Source: Paraphysomonas bandaiensis (lineage: Eukaryota; Protista; Chrysophyceae). From it: a stretch of 64,000 nt of DNA. Made by a program: the position numbers and the translations under genes. Numbering within the stretch: the stretch's first letter is position 1; each line of letters begins with the position of its first letter. Positions 38,096-53,000 of this stretch are shown piece by piece. Below the pieces are notes generated by a model that saw only the letters and a list, made by a program, of their open reading frames with translations, did not search any database and was not told the origin of the DNA. The DNA lies in contig CBFFRP010000475.1 in the NCBI GenBank assembly GCA_965644295.1, positions 78,339 through 142,338 of the forward strand. The letters are read 5' to 3'.

Positions 38096-41000
38096 TAGGT
38101 AATTATATACATAATGGTATCATAATTTCACCAGATAATTGTTTTTATGGTTCAGTGGCATGGTCTCTACGTATTGATGAGAAGGAATGGATATCAGATC
38201 CTTCAAATATTATAAAGGATAGAATATTATTAAGAAATATTTCTTCTTCTAATGTTAATGGGGGAACGGAGTCAGAGCCCGTATACTCAGTAGATACACG
38301 CCGTCGAATGAGCTCCTCTATTGCGTGTGATACCCTCAATATTTCTGTGAAATATAGTGTTACAACGATACCCAATATATCGGACACAGTTTCCATTGAC
38401 GTGGCATCAACAGAGGAGTGGATGGTAGCTTCATTGAGCTCATCTTGCCGGATTATACGTGTTGACATTGGTACCAATAAAATCACGAATATTGCTGGGT
38501 CTGGTGTGCCAGGCTCTTTTGATGGTGTCGGAACTGCTGCATCTTTTTCGTATCCAATTGACATTATCCTCTATTTGAACGATAGTGCAGCGTTGGTCGC
38601 GGACTACTATAGCCATAGAATCCGGAAAGTTGTGTTGTCAACTCAAGAGGTCACGACATTAGCTGGTAGTTTTAGTGGCTACATGGATTCAACCGGAATT
38701 TACGCGCAGTTTCGTACTCCAAATAGTCTTGCTCTGACGTCAGATGGTAGGTATGTTACCATTACGGATTGCGCTGACAATCGAATCAGAAAGCTCGATG
38801 TACATTCAGCTTATGTAAGCACGTTGGCTGGATCAGGTGCGAGTAAAGTGATTGATGGGATTGGGACGAATGCTGCCTTCTCCTGTCCAGGGGGTATAGC
38901 TTTGTCGCCTGCTGATTCCTATGCTCTTATTTCAGGGCATACCGTGAATAGAATTCGAAAAATAGAATTATCATCACTCAAAGTAGTAACGTTAGCTGGC
39001 TCAGACTGTGCTGGGAACAGGGATGGTATAGGTACAATGGCGTGTTTTCACTCACCTTGGGGTATATCGATATCCCCTGGTGGTTCAATCGCACTTGTTT
39101 CGGACTGGGCTACAAGTGTAATTAGGAAGATAGTGTTGTCCACAGGTGAAGTGACGACAATCGCAGGTTCACCATATCATGAAGGGATAAAAGATGGAAT
39201 TGGCACGAATGCTACTCTTTCTTCCCCCTCTAAGATTGCGTGGTTTGCAGATGGTTCAAATGCTTTTATAGGAAATGCTGGTGGCTCTGCTCTTCGAGTT
39301 ATTAGTACTTTACCTACATATTATGTTGAGACACTGGCGGGGTCGGGAGTACCTGGAACAGGATCAGGTGTTGGTACCGCGGCAACATTTAATTCACCTA
39401 TAGGAGTGGATCTATCACATGATGGCTCGTTTGCGTTGGTGACAGATGGTCACAAGATCCGAAAAGTAAACTTGACATCTATCGATGTTTCAACTATATC
39501 TGGTGCAATTTCACCTGGGTTTAATGACGATATCGGACTGGAGGCTGAGTTCTACTCTCCCAGTGGTGTCGCAATCTCCTCAGACGATACGTATGCATTG
39601 ATCGCTGATAAAAGAAACAATAGAATTAGGAAACTGATAATGTCGACTGGAATGGTGTCGACACTCTCCGGTTCAGGGTATTTTAGTAGTGTCGATGGAA
39701 TTCGTACGGAATGTAGTTTTTATCTCCCTACAGGAATTACTATATCATCAGATGATCACTTTGCACTTGTTACAGAGCCGACTTTGGGGAAAATTAGAAA
39801 AGTCATAATTTCAACGGGTTATACCAATTCTTATGTTGGAATTTATCATGGAAACGTAGATGGAGTGGGGACAAATGCTCGATTTAATGATCCTCGTTTT
39901 CTTGTTCTGTCTCAAAGGAACGACTTTGCACTTGTAGCGGACAGTGGCAATCACATTATTAGAATGATTACTATTTCAACTGGTGAAGTATCGACCGTTG
40001 CTGGCACTGGCTCATCGGGTAATACCGATGGTAACTTTAACCAGGCTAGCTTTAACTTCCCAACTGGGTTGACTATATCATCCGATGATAGTTATGCATT
40101 GGTCGTTGACAACCGTAATCACAGGATAAGAAAGCTTAGTTTACAAGGTGGATTTGTGACTACTTTGGTAGGATCTGGTGACCCTGGGTGGAAGGATGGG
40201 GTAGGAGTCGAAGTGATTTTTAAGTTTCCTGCCAGTATTGTATTATCTCCTGATGACAGCTATGCAATAATAACGGACGTGGGTAACCACCGAGTTCGAA
40301 AGCTCCACATGTTGAGTGAGCCAGATTGTGAAGATTCCTTTGCTTCGTCCACAATGTCGCCAACTTTTATACCGTCCATGTTACCTTCAGTGCTTTTGTC
40401 GTCGTCACCTTCAGACGTGCCACTTTCATATTTCACCATAATTCCAACCTGTCCCACTCCTACTTTGTATCCATCAATCGTCACGAATAATACGACATTA
40501 ATTTTGAATTCATTGCCTCCAGTGGTGCCATCGTCCACCCCTTCAATGATTCCACCATGTTTTCCATCGTCATCTACACCTTCAATAGTTCACGGTTCTC
40601 CCTCATCATCTACCCCTTCAATAGTTCATGGTTCTACCTCATCATCTACCCCTTCAATAGTTCATGATTCTCCATCGTCATCCACCCCTTCAATGATTCC
40701 ACCATGTTTTCCATCGTCATCTACACCTTCAATAGTTCATGGTTCTCCCTCATCATCTACCCCTTCAATAGTTCATGGTTCTACCTCATCATCTACCCCT
40801 TCAAAGATTTCCTCATGTTTTCCATCGTCATCTACACCTTCAATAGTTCACGGTTCTCCCTCATCATCTACCCCTTCAATAGTTCATGGTTCTACCTCAT
40901 CATCTACCCCTTCAATAGTTCATGATTCTCCATCGTCATCCACCCATTCAATGATTCCATCATGTAATCCATCATCTACACCTTCTATAGTTCATGGTTC

Positions 41001-44000
41001 TACCTTATCATCTATCCCTTCAATTGTTCCTGGTTCTACCTCATCATCTACCCCTTCAATAGTTCATGGTTCTCCCTCATCATCTACACCTTCAATTGTC
41101 CATTGTTCTCCCTCATCATCTACACCTTCAATAGTTCATGGTTCTCCATCATCATCTACCCAATCAACGATTCCATCATGTAATCCATCATCGTCCAACC
41201 CTTCAAAGATTTCCTCATGTTCTCCATCATCATCTACACCTTCAATAGTTCATGGTTATCCCTCATCACCTACCCCTTCAATAGTTCATGGTTATCCCTC
41301 ATCATCTACACCTTCAATAGTTCATTGTTCTCCATCATCATCTACACCTTCAATAGTTCATGGTTCTACCTCATCATCTACCTCTTCAATGATTCCACCA
41401 TGTTTTCCATCGTCATCTACACCTTCAATAGTTCACGGTTCTCCCTCATCATCTACCCCTTCAATAGTTCATGGTTCTCCCTCATCATCTACCCCTTCAA
41501 TAGTTCATGGTTCTACCTCATCATCTACCCCTTCAATAGTTCATGATTCTCCATCGTCATCCACCCCTTCAATGATTCCACCATGTTTTCCATCGTCATC
41601 TACACCTTCAATAGTTCATGGTTCTCCCTCATCATCTACCCCTTCAATAGTTCATGGTTCTACCTCATCATCTACCCCTTCAAAGATTTCCTCATGTTTT
41701 CCATCGTCATCTACACCTTCAATAGTTCACGGTTCTCCCTCATCATCTACCCCTTCAATAGTTCATGGTTCTACCTCATCATCTACCCCTTCAATAGTTC
41801 ATGATTCTCCATCGTCATCCACCCATTCAATGATTCCATCATGTAATCCATCATCTACACCTTCTATAGTTCATGGTTCTACCTTATCATCTATCCCTTC
41901 AATTGTTCCTGGTTCTACCTCATCATCTACCCCTTCAATAGTTCATGGTTCTCCCTCATCATCTACACCTTCAATTGTCCATTGTTCTCCCTCATCATCT
42001 ACACCTTCAATAGTTCATGGTTCTCCATCATCATCTACCCAATCAACGATTCCATCATGTAATCCATCATCGTCCAACCCTTCAAAGATTTCCTCATGTT
42101 CTCCATCATCATCTACACCTTCAATAGTTCATGGTTATCCCTCATCACCTACCCCTTCAATAGTTCATGGTTATCCCTCATCATCTACACCTTCAATAGT
42201 TCATTGTTCTCCATCATCATCTACACCTTCAATAGTTCATGGTTCTACCTCATCATCTACCTCTTCAATGATTCCACCATGTTTTCCATCGTCATCTACA
42301 CCTTCAATAGTTCACGGTTCTCCCTCATCATCTACCCCTTCAATAGTTCATGGTTCTACCTCATCATCTACCCCTTCAATTGTTCATGATTTTCCATCGT
42401 CATCCACCCCTTCAATGATTCCACCATGTTTTCCATCGTCATCTACACCTTCAATAGTTCATGGTTATCCCTCATCATCTACACCTTCAATAGTTCATGG
42501 TTCTACCTCATCATCTACACCTTCAATAGTTCATGGTTCTACCTCATCATCTACCCCTTCAATGATTCCACCATGTTCTCCATCATCATCTACACCTTCA
42601 ATAGTTCATGGTTCTCCCTCATCATCTACCCCTTCAATAGTTCATGGTTCTACCTCATCATCTACCCCTTCAATTGTTCATGATTCTCCATCGTCATCCA
42701 CCCCTTCAATGATTCCACCATGTTTTCCATCGTCATCTACCCCTTCAATAGTTCACGGTTCTCCCTCATCATCTACCCCTTCAATAGTTCATGGTTCTAC
42801 CTCATCATCTACCCCTTCAATTGTTCATGATTCTCCATCGTCATCCACCCATTCAATGATTCCACCATGTTTTCCATCGTCATCTACACCTTCTATAGTT
42901 CATGGTTCTCCATCATCATCTACCCCTTCAATAGTTCATGGTTCTACCTCATCATCTACCCCTTCAATTGTTCATGATTCTCCATCGTCATCCACCCATT
43001 CAATGATTCCATCATGTAATCCATCGTCATCTACACCTTCAATAGTTCATGGTTATCCCTCATCATCTACACCTTCAATAGTTCATGGTTCTACCTCATC
43101 ATCTACACCTTCAATAGTTCATGGTTCTACCTCATCATCTACCCCTTCAATGATTCCACCATGTTCTCCATCATCATCTACACCTTCAATAGTTCATGGT
43201 TCTCCCTCATCATCTACCCCTTCAATAGTTCATGGTTCTACCTCATCATCTACCCCTTCAATTGTTCATGATTCTCCATCGTCATCCACCCCTTCAATGA
43301 TTCCACCATGTTTTCCATCGTCATCTACCCCTTCAATAGTTCACGGTTCTCCCTCATCATCTACCCCTTCAATAGTTCATGGTTCTACCTCATCATCTAC
43401 CCCTTCAATTGTTCATGATTCTCCATCGTCATCCACCCATTCAATGATTCCACCATGTTTTCCATCGTCATCTACACCTTCTATAGTTCATGGTTCTCCA
43501 TCATCATCTACCCCTTCAATAGTTCATGGTTCTACCTCATCATCTACCCCTTCAATTGTTCATGATTCTCCATCGTCATCCACCCATTCAATGATTCCAT
43601 CATGTAATCCATCGTCATCTACACCTTCAATAGTTCATTGTTCTCCATCATCATCTACCCCTTCAATTGTTCATGGTTCTACCTCATCATCTACCCCTTC
43701 AATTGTTCATGATTCTCCATCGTCATCCACCCCTTCAATGATTCCACCATGTTTTCCATCGTCATCTACCCCTTCAATAGTTCACGGTTCTCCCTCATCA
43801 TCTACCCCTTCAATAGTTCATGGTTCTACCTCATCATCTACCCCTTCAATTGTTCATGATTCTCCATCGTCATCCACCCATTCAATGATTCCACCATGTT
43901 TTCCATCGTCATCTACACCTTCTATAGTTCATGGTTCTCCATCATCATCTACCCCTTCAATAGTTCATGGTTCTACCTCATCATCTACCCCTTCAATTGT

Positions 44001-47000
44001 TCATGATTCTCCATCGTCATCCACCCATTCAATGATTCCATCATGTAATCCATCGTCATCTACACCTTCAATAGTTCATTGTTCTCCATCATCATCTACC
44101 CCTTCAATTGTTCATGGTTATCCCTCATCACCTACCCCTTCAATAGTTCATGGTTATCCCTCATCATCTACACCTTCAATAGTTCATTGTTCTCCATCAT
44201 CATCTACACCTTCAATAGTTCATGGTTCTACCTCATCATCTACCTCTTCAATGATTCCACCATGTTTTCCATCGTCATCTACACCTTCAATAGTTCACGG
44301 TTCTCCCTCATCATCTACCCCTTCAATAGTTCATGGTTCTACCTCATCATCTACCCCTTCAATTGTTCATGATTTTCCATCGTCATCCACCCCTTCAATG
44401 ATTCCACCATGTTTTCCATCGTCATCTACACCTTCAATAGTTCATGGTTATCCCTCATCATCTACACCTTCAATAGTTCATGGTTCTACCTCATCATCTA
44501 CACCTTCAATAGTTCATGGTTCTACCTCATCATCTACCCCTTCAATGATTCCACCATGTTCTCCATCATCATCTACACCTTCAATAGTTCATGGTTCTCC
44601 CTCATCATCTACCCCTTCAATAGTTCATGGTTCTACCTCATCATCTACCCCTTCAATTGTTCATGATTCTCCATCGTCATCCACCCCTTCAATGATTCCA
44701 CCATGTTTTCCATCGTCATCTACCCCTTCAATAGTTCACGGTTCTCCCTCATCATCTACCCCTTCAATAGTTCATGGTTCTACCTCATCATCTACCCCTT
44801 CAATTGTTCATGATTCTCCATCGTCATCCACCCATTCAATGATTCCACCATGTTTTCCATCGTCATCTACACCTTCTATAGTTCATGGTTCTCCATCATC
44901 ATCTACCCCTTCAATAGTTCATGGTTCTACCTCATCATCTACCCCTTCAATTGTTCATGATTCTACATCGTCATCCACCCATTCAATGATTCCATCATGT
45001 AATCCATCGTCATCTACACCTTCAATAGTTCATTGTTCTCCATCATCATCTACCCCTTCAATTGTTCATGGTTCTACCTCATCATCTACCCCTTCAATTG
45101 TTCATGATTCTCCATCGTCATCCACCCCTTCAATGATTCCACCATGTTTTCCATCGTCATCTACACCTTCAATAGTTCACGGTTCTACCTCATCATCTAC
45201 ACCTTCAATAGTTCATGGTTCTACCTCATCATCTACCCCTTCAAAGATTTCCTCATGTTTTCCATCGTCATCTACACCTTCAATAGTTCACGGTTCTCCC
45301 TCATCATCTACCCCTTCAATAGTTCATGGTTCTACCTCATCATCATCTACCCCTTCAATTGTTCATGATTCTACCTCATCATCTACCCCTTCAATTGTTC
45401 ATGATTCTCCATCGTCATCCACCCATTCAATGATTCCATCATGTAATCCATCATCTACACCTTCTATAGTTCATGGTTCTCCATCATCATCTACCCCTTC
45501 AATAGTTCATGGTTCTACCTCATCATCTACCCCTTCAATTGTTCATGATTCTCCATCGTCATCCACCCATTCAATGATTCCACCATGTTTTCCATCGTCA
45601 TCTACACCTTCAATAGTTCACGGTTCTACCTCATCATCTACACCTTCAATTGTTCATGGTTCTACCTCATCATCTACCCCTTCAATTGTTCATGATTCTC
45701 CATCGTCATCCACCCCTTCAATGATTCCACCATGTTTTCCATCGTCATCTACACCTTCAATAGTTCATGGTTCTACCTCATCATCTACACCTTCAATAGT
45801 TCATGGTTCTACCTCATCATCTACCCCTTCAAAGATTTCCTCATGTTTTCCATCGTCATCTACACCTTCAATAGTTCACGGTTCTCCCTCATCATCTACC
45901 CCTTCAATAGTTCATGGTTCTACCTCATCATCATCTACCCCTTCAATTGTTCATGATTCTACCTCATCATCTACCCCTTCAATTGTTCATGATTCTCCAT
46001 CGTCATCCACCCATTCAATGATTCCATCATGTAATCCATCATCTACACCTTCTATAGTTCATTGTTCTCCATCATCATCTACCCCTTCAATAGTTCATGG
46101 TTCTACCTCATCATCTACCCCTTCAATTGTTCATGATTCTCCATCGTCATCCACCCATTCAATGATTCCATCATGTAATCCATCATCTACACCTTCTATA
46201 GTTCATTGTTCTCCATCATCATCTACCCCTTCAATAGTTCATGGTTCTACCTCATCATCTACCCCTTCAATTGTTCATGATTCTCCATCGTCATCTACAC
46301 CTTCAATAGTTCATGTTTCTCCATCATCGTCCAATCCTTCAAAGATTTCCTCATGTTCTCCATCATCATCTACACCTTCAATAGTTCATGGTTCTCCATC
46401 ATCATCTACCCAATCAATGATTCCATCATGTAATCCATCATCGTCCAACACTTCAAAGATTTCCTCATATTCTCCATCATCATCTACCCCTTCAATAGTT
46501 CATGGTTCTACCTCATCATCTACCCCTTCAATAGTTCATGGTTATCCCTCATCACCTACCCCTTCAATAGTTCATGGTTATCCCTCATCATCTACACCTT
46601 CAATAGTTCATTGTTCTCCATCATCATCTACACCTTCAATAGTTCATGTTTCTCCATCAGCGTCCAATCCTTCAAAGATTTCCTCATGTTCTCCATCATC
46701 ATCTACACCTTCAATAGTTCATGGTTCTCCATCATCATCTACTCAATCAACGATTCCATTATGTAATCCATCATCGTCCAACCCTTCAAAGATTTCCTCA
46801 TGTTCTCCATCATCATCTACACCTTCAATAGTTCATGGTTATCCCTCATCACCTACCCCTTCAATAGTTCATGGTTATCCCTCATCATCTACACCTTCAA
46901 TAGTTCATTGTTCTCCATCATCATCTACACCTTCAATAGTTCATGTTTCTCCATCATCGTCCAATCCTTCAAAGATTTCCTCATGTTCTCCATCATCATC

Positions 47001-50000
47001 TACACCTTCAATAGTTCATGGTTCTCCATCATCATCTACCCAATCAATGTTTCCATCATGTAATCCATCATCGTCCAACCCTTCAAAGATTTCCTCATAT
47101 TCTCCATCATCATCTACCCCTTCAATAGTTCATGTTTCTCCATCATCTACCCCTTCAATAGTTCATGTTTCTCCATCATCTACCCCTTCAATAGTTCATG
47201 GTTCTACCTCATCATCTACCCCTTCAATAGTTCATGGTTCTCCATCATCATCTGCCCAATCAATGATTCCATCATGTAATCCATCATCGTCCAACCCTTC
47301 AAAGATTTCCTCATGTTCTCCATCATCATCTACACCTTCAATAGTTCATGGTTATCCCTCATCATCTACCCCTTCAATAGTTCATGGTTATCCCTCATGT
47401 AATTCATCATCATCCAACCCTTCTATAGTTCCATCATCATCTATCCCTTCAATGGATCCATCATGTTTTCCGTCATCATCTACCCCTTCAATGATTCCAT
47501 CATGTAATCCATCATCATCCAACCCTTCAATGGGTCCATCATGTTCCCCGTCATCATCTACACCTTCTATAGTTCCATCATGTTCTCCGTCATCGTCTAT
47601 CCCTTCAATGATTCCAACATGCAATCCATCATCATCTTCCCCTTCTATGCTACCATCATCATCTACCCCTTCAATGATTCCATCATGTAATCCATCATCA
47701 TCCAACCCTTCTATTGTTCCATCATCATCTATCCCTTCAATGGATCCATCATGTTTTCCGTCAGCATCTATCCCTTCAATGGGTCCATCATGTTCCCCGT
47801 CATCATCTACACCTTCAATGATTCCATTATGTTCTCCGTCATCGTCTATCCCTTCAATGATTCCATCATGCAATCCATCATCATCTACCCCTTCAATGAT
47901 TCCATCATGTAATCCATCATCATCCAACCCTTCAATGGATCCATCATGTAATTCGTCATCATCTACACCTTCTATAGTTCCATCATGTTCTCCGTCATCG
48001 TCTATCCCTTCAATGATTCCAACATGCAATCCATCATCATCTACCCCGTCAATGATTCCATCATGTAATCCATCATCATCCAACCCTTCTATAGTTCCAT
48101 CATCATCTATCCCTTCAATGGATCCAACATACAATCCGTCATCATCTACACCTTCAATGATTCCATCATGTAGTCCGTCATCATCTACCCCTTCAATGAT
48201 TCCATCATGTAATCCATCATCATCCAACCCTTCTATTGTTCCATCATCATCTATCCCTTCAATGAATCCATCATGTTTTCCATCATCATCTACATCTTCT
48301 ATAGTTCCATCATGTTCTCCGTCATCGTCTATCCCTTCAATGATTCCAACATGCAATCCATCATCATCCAACCCTTCTATAGTTCCATCATCATCTACAC
48401 CTTCAATGATTCCATCATGTTTTCCGTCAACGTCTACCCCTTCAATGATTCCATCATGTAATCCATCATCATCCAACCCTTCTATAGTTCCATCATCATC
48501 TACACCTTCAATGATTCCATCGTGTTTTCCGTCAACGTCTACCCCTTTAATGATTCCATCATGTTTTCCGTCATCATCTTCCCCTTCAACGAGTCCACCA
48601 TGTAATCCGTCATCATCTATCCCTTCAATGGGTCCATCATGTAATCCGTCATCATCTACACCTTCTATAGTTCCATCATGTTCTCCGTCATCGTCTATCC
48701 CTTCAATGATTCCATCATGTTTTCCGTCATCATCTACCCCTTCAATGATTCCATCATGTAATCCATCATCATCTATCCCTTCAATAATTCCAACATTCAA
48801 TCCATCATCGTTTTCCCCTTCAACGATTCCATCATTCAATTCATCATCATCATCCAACCCTTCAATGGTTCCATCATCATCTATCCCTTCAATGGATCCA
48901 TCATGTTTTCCGTCAACATCTATCCCTTCGATGATTCCATCATGTAGTCCATCATCATCTATCCCTTCAATGGATCCATCATGTAATCCATCTTCATTCA
49001 TCCCTTCAATGGTTCCATCATGTAATCCGTTATCATCTACACCTTCAATGATTCCATCACCAACAACATCACCTACAAGACTTCCTACATCTTCACCAAC
49101 TAATATTCCTACTAAGGTACCGACATCATCACCAACTTACCGACCAACATGCGCGCCAGTTCCTACAGTTACGCACTATCCAACTTTGCCACCAACACTC
49201 TCCATGAGGCCTACATGTGTACCTTCTGTATCTCCGTCGATATCATTCATGACGCTGTGGAAAGAGAAATATGATGCATATATCAATGGCATTGATCTGG
49301 GAGCGAGAAGTACATTTGCGAGCTTAGTAGTCAAAGGTGAACGCGGGTATGGCACATGTGGCGAGTGGGAAGTCTTCGTCAATGACGATATTGCGACAGC
49401 GTTGATTACCTATACAGCTTCTACTCTCAGTATGATATCGACAGTAGACTATTCAGCTGACCTGGAATCAGTGACTGTGACTTGTAACGATAGTGCAACT
49501 GCTGCTGATATTGTGACTACACTTATGTCAGTGTCCAAGGCAACCGTGTCTTCATCCATATCTTTCAAGTGTCATGATACGAGTTGGATGGTGGGCCGTT
49601 GTGGGAGCCTGACTTCTACATTCCTGTGTGCGAACTGTACCGCCTCTCCGTGCACGCCATCAACTGTTAAACCATCTGCGATCATATACGATAGTCCATG
49701 TAATGAGGTTGAAACCCCCCTGTTTCCTACGATATTAAACATATTGCACATAGAATTTACCGAGTTATCAGTGGCATCTGATATATTGAGCGTAACTGTA
49801 TCCAGCACAACTCACTCGATTACGGCCACAGTGGCTGTCGATGTACCGGAAGGATCTCTCGTTTGCTCAGCGTACTTAGCATCGGATTCATTTGTTCCGT
49901 CTACTGTTGATACTCTTCTTCTTCGCAATGATTTGATATCGATAACTTCCACGACTGTGTCGTTTATCATCGGGGGTTTAATTGCGTCTTCAGATTATGA

Positions 50001-53000
50001 TGTATACTGTGCTACGTACTCTGCACTAGATACACCAATGGATTATGATCTAATGCGTGAGACCAAATCAGCGGCAAGGACGGCATGCTGCCGAACCTTA
50101 AATGTTGAATTGATTGCGACTTCGTACTCGAGTGTAGAAGACACGGCAGTTGCATTGAAGCTCGATGCTGGTGATGTAGTGCCCAATGACTTGAATGTAT
50201 CGTTGGCTGCCTTTCAAAACTCAACAGTATATCCGTTTGTCCCATCGTCTGTGGTTTTCACTTCATCTACTGTTGAGTATGTGGCGTATATTCGCCAGAA
50301 CGCTGGTGTGTATGACTTGGCATTTACAATGTCGGGATTATCGGCAAGTGATTATGTCATTTCCTATACTCCTGCAAGTTTTATCACTGTGCTTGCTGTT
50401 GATGCGGAACCTGCGGTTCCAGTATTGATGTCAGCGACGTTTTCTAATGATGGAACTAAGATAATACTGCTCTTTGATGCACCCACCAATCGTGCAGGAT
50501 ATACCAATAATTTCAACTGCATTGATGTGTTTTCTTTTCCGGGTATTCAGAAGGACACAAGATGTCTATGGGTTGATGATTCAAGAGTGTCGATATATCC
50601 TGGGGCGAGTGGAGTTGTTGGTGTGTCTGATGTAATTACATTGCAAGCGAATAAGATTCGAGCTAAATGTAAAGTGCTAAATAACAGTCCTGCGTGTAGT
50701 ACGTGGCAGTTTAGTTCGTTGACCTCTATCAGAATACATGCTCCGCAAACGCCTCTTGTTCCCATATTATCGATTATATCGCCTTCTCAGATCGGGCCAT
50801 GTGACTCACTACCCCTAGATATTTCTGGATCCAAGGGTTCTGGAGGGCGCTCCTTTGTGAATGTATCGTTTAATGTTTATGGAATTCACGAGAATGTTTC
50901 CTTGGTCACTACCTATTTAAACGCCAATTACGAAGCATCAGGCGTCTTAACAGTGCCACAGGCCTTACTGTATCCAGGATTCGCATACAGTATTACAGTA
51001 GTTATGTGCAATTTTATCGGTGGCTGTGGGAGGTCAACGCACTCTTTTGTTGTTTCTTCATCTGAAAATGTTCCTGTAGTATCTTTGAATTCTAAGAAGC
51101 TGAGGTTGCAGTACAGATATTCGTCGCTATCAGTCACTGGTCAAGCGTACACCTCCGTATGTGGTGGGGCGACCAGCACTGCGAATATGCAATATTCTTG
51201 GAAAATATTTGCACAAGGGACCCCTCTCAGCTTAGTTTCTCAATCGAGCGACCCGCGGACGTTCAAGTTGTTGCCTTACACTCTGGAAGTGGGGACTGTG
51301 TATACTGTAACCCTGACAGCACAACACACGGAGTCGTTGAAGTATTCCTCTGCCTCGGTTTCTGTGACAGTGGTCAAAGGGTTGGTCGTTGCGAAGGTGT
51401 CTGGATCATCTAGTAGGGGTGTTCGAACGGATAGCTCAGTAAATGTGGATGCGTCTGGTAGCTACGATGAAGATAATAACGAAGCCACAGGTGTCGGTGC
51501 TGGATTGTCGTTTGCCTTCAGCTGTGCACAAACCTATCCATCATACAAAGCCAACAGCGACCTGGTTATATCAGCTATTTCACCATCACAGGTGTCAGTA
51601 TCTGTACCTCAGAATTCCAGCGATGAGATGATTGATAGCGTGCACCAGCTGACAGTGAAAGTTGTTCACACGAAAGATTTTCGATCTTCCACTGCAACAG
51701 TTATAATCACTGTACTTCCATCGCTGGCCCCATTGGTGACACTTTCATCTTCAAGCGGGACTCGAATCAACCCCTCTCAGAAGTTCAAACTACTTGCCAC
51801 CGTGGAAGTTGCCGCTGGTGGTACAGCAACTTGGTCTGTTGACGACCCATCAATACATCTGCAATCGGTTTCACTGTCCGAAGTGACGAAAGCGATAGCA
51901 ACTCCCGCGTCTTCTCGGGAAGTGTATACATTGAGTCTGGTGTTACCACCGAATACTTTACCCCAGGAGTCGACGTTTAGCTTCCAACTTGCATGCAGCC
52001 TAGACACGGGGTACTCTGCAACTGCTGCCATTACGATATCGACCAATTCTCCTCCATATCCGGGTAGCTACTCTGTTTCACCATCTACAGGGACCATGCT
52101 TGTCACGGAATTCACATTTTCGGCTTCAAAGTGGGAAGATTCTGATATTCCGTTATCTTACGAATTCGCATATCAAGGCTCATCTGGAGCATATCTTGTT
52201 CACCGGTCTCGGTTGGAGCTCTCTTATGTGTCTACAGATTTGCCTGCGGGGAAGGATTCTGCGGATTTCATGCTTAGCACGAGATTGCAAGTTTTTGACA
52301 TTCTTGATGCCAAGATTGCTTCCTATAGCTCTGTGGAGGTAAAGATGCAGGAACTTTCTGCAGAGGACAAACAAAACTATCTCACAGATGCCCTTGCAAA
52401 CTCCAATGGCTATGCTGATGAGATGAAAAAAGCTATTGCAACCACAGCCTCAATTTTAAACAGTGTGAATTGCTCTTCCGCGCCTAACTGTACTAATCTG
52501 AATCGATTTGACTGCACGACAACTGCGAGTACATGTGGAGAGTGTTTGGAAGGGTACGCTGGAGAAAGTGGTCATGCGAATACGTACTGTTTACACTTGA
52601 GCGATGATACGAGAAGACGCCTTTCAGTGGGATCGTCAAATCCGACATCGTGCACCCGAAACAGTGACTGTGACTCGACGCAGTGGGAAGTGTGCGATTC
52701 CAATGTATGTGTTGTCATGCCTAAGGACTGTCCAGGAGATTGTTCGTATTCTGGGTATTGCCAATATGTGTCTGTATACGACGTTAATGTCACGTACACC
52801 ACTTGCAATGTGCTGAGTGTTCACTGTAAAGCCATCTGTGCTTGTTACGATGGCTTCACTGGTCATTCGTGTGAGTACAGCGTAGATGAATTTAATCAGA
52901 CTTTACAAACACGACATCAGCTTGCGGAAGCGATTCGTAGTGTGTCGCTTCTGGAAGATCCGTCAGCAGATACTCTTGTCTCTTGGATAGAAGGTTTGGC

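Noticed and set aside
40704-48461. Many short hydrophobic ORFs (MFSIVIYTFNSSW...)
   Set aside because: Off-frame translations of the 33-nt coding repeat.
47388-49001. 537-aa antisense Asp/Gly-rich ORF resembling a calcium-binding repeat protein
   Set aside because: Reverse-complement shadow of the TCA/CCA-rich stalk of gene C.
7620-49058. CRISPR-like appearance of the periodic repeats
   Set aside because: No unique spacers and no cas genes; the repeats are in-frame parts of eukaryotic CDSs.
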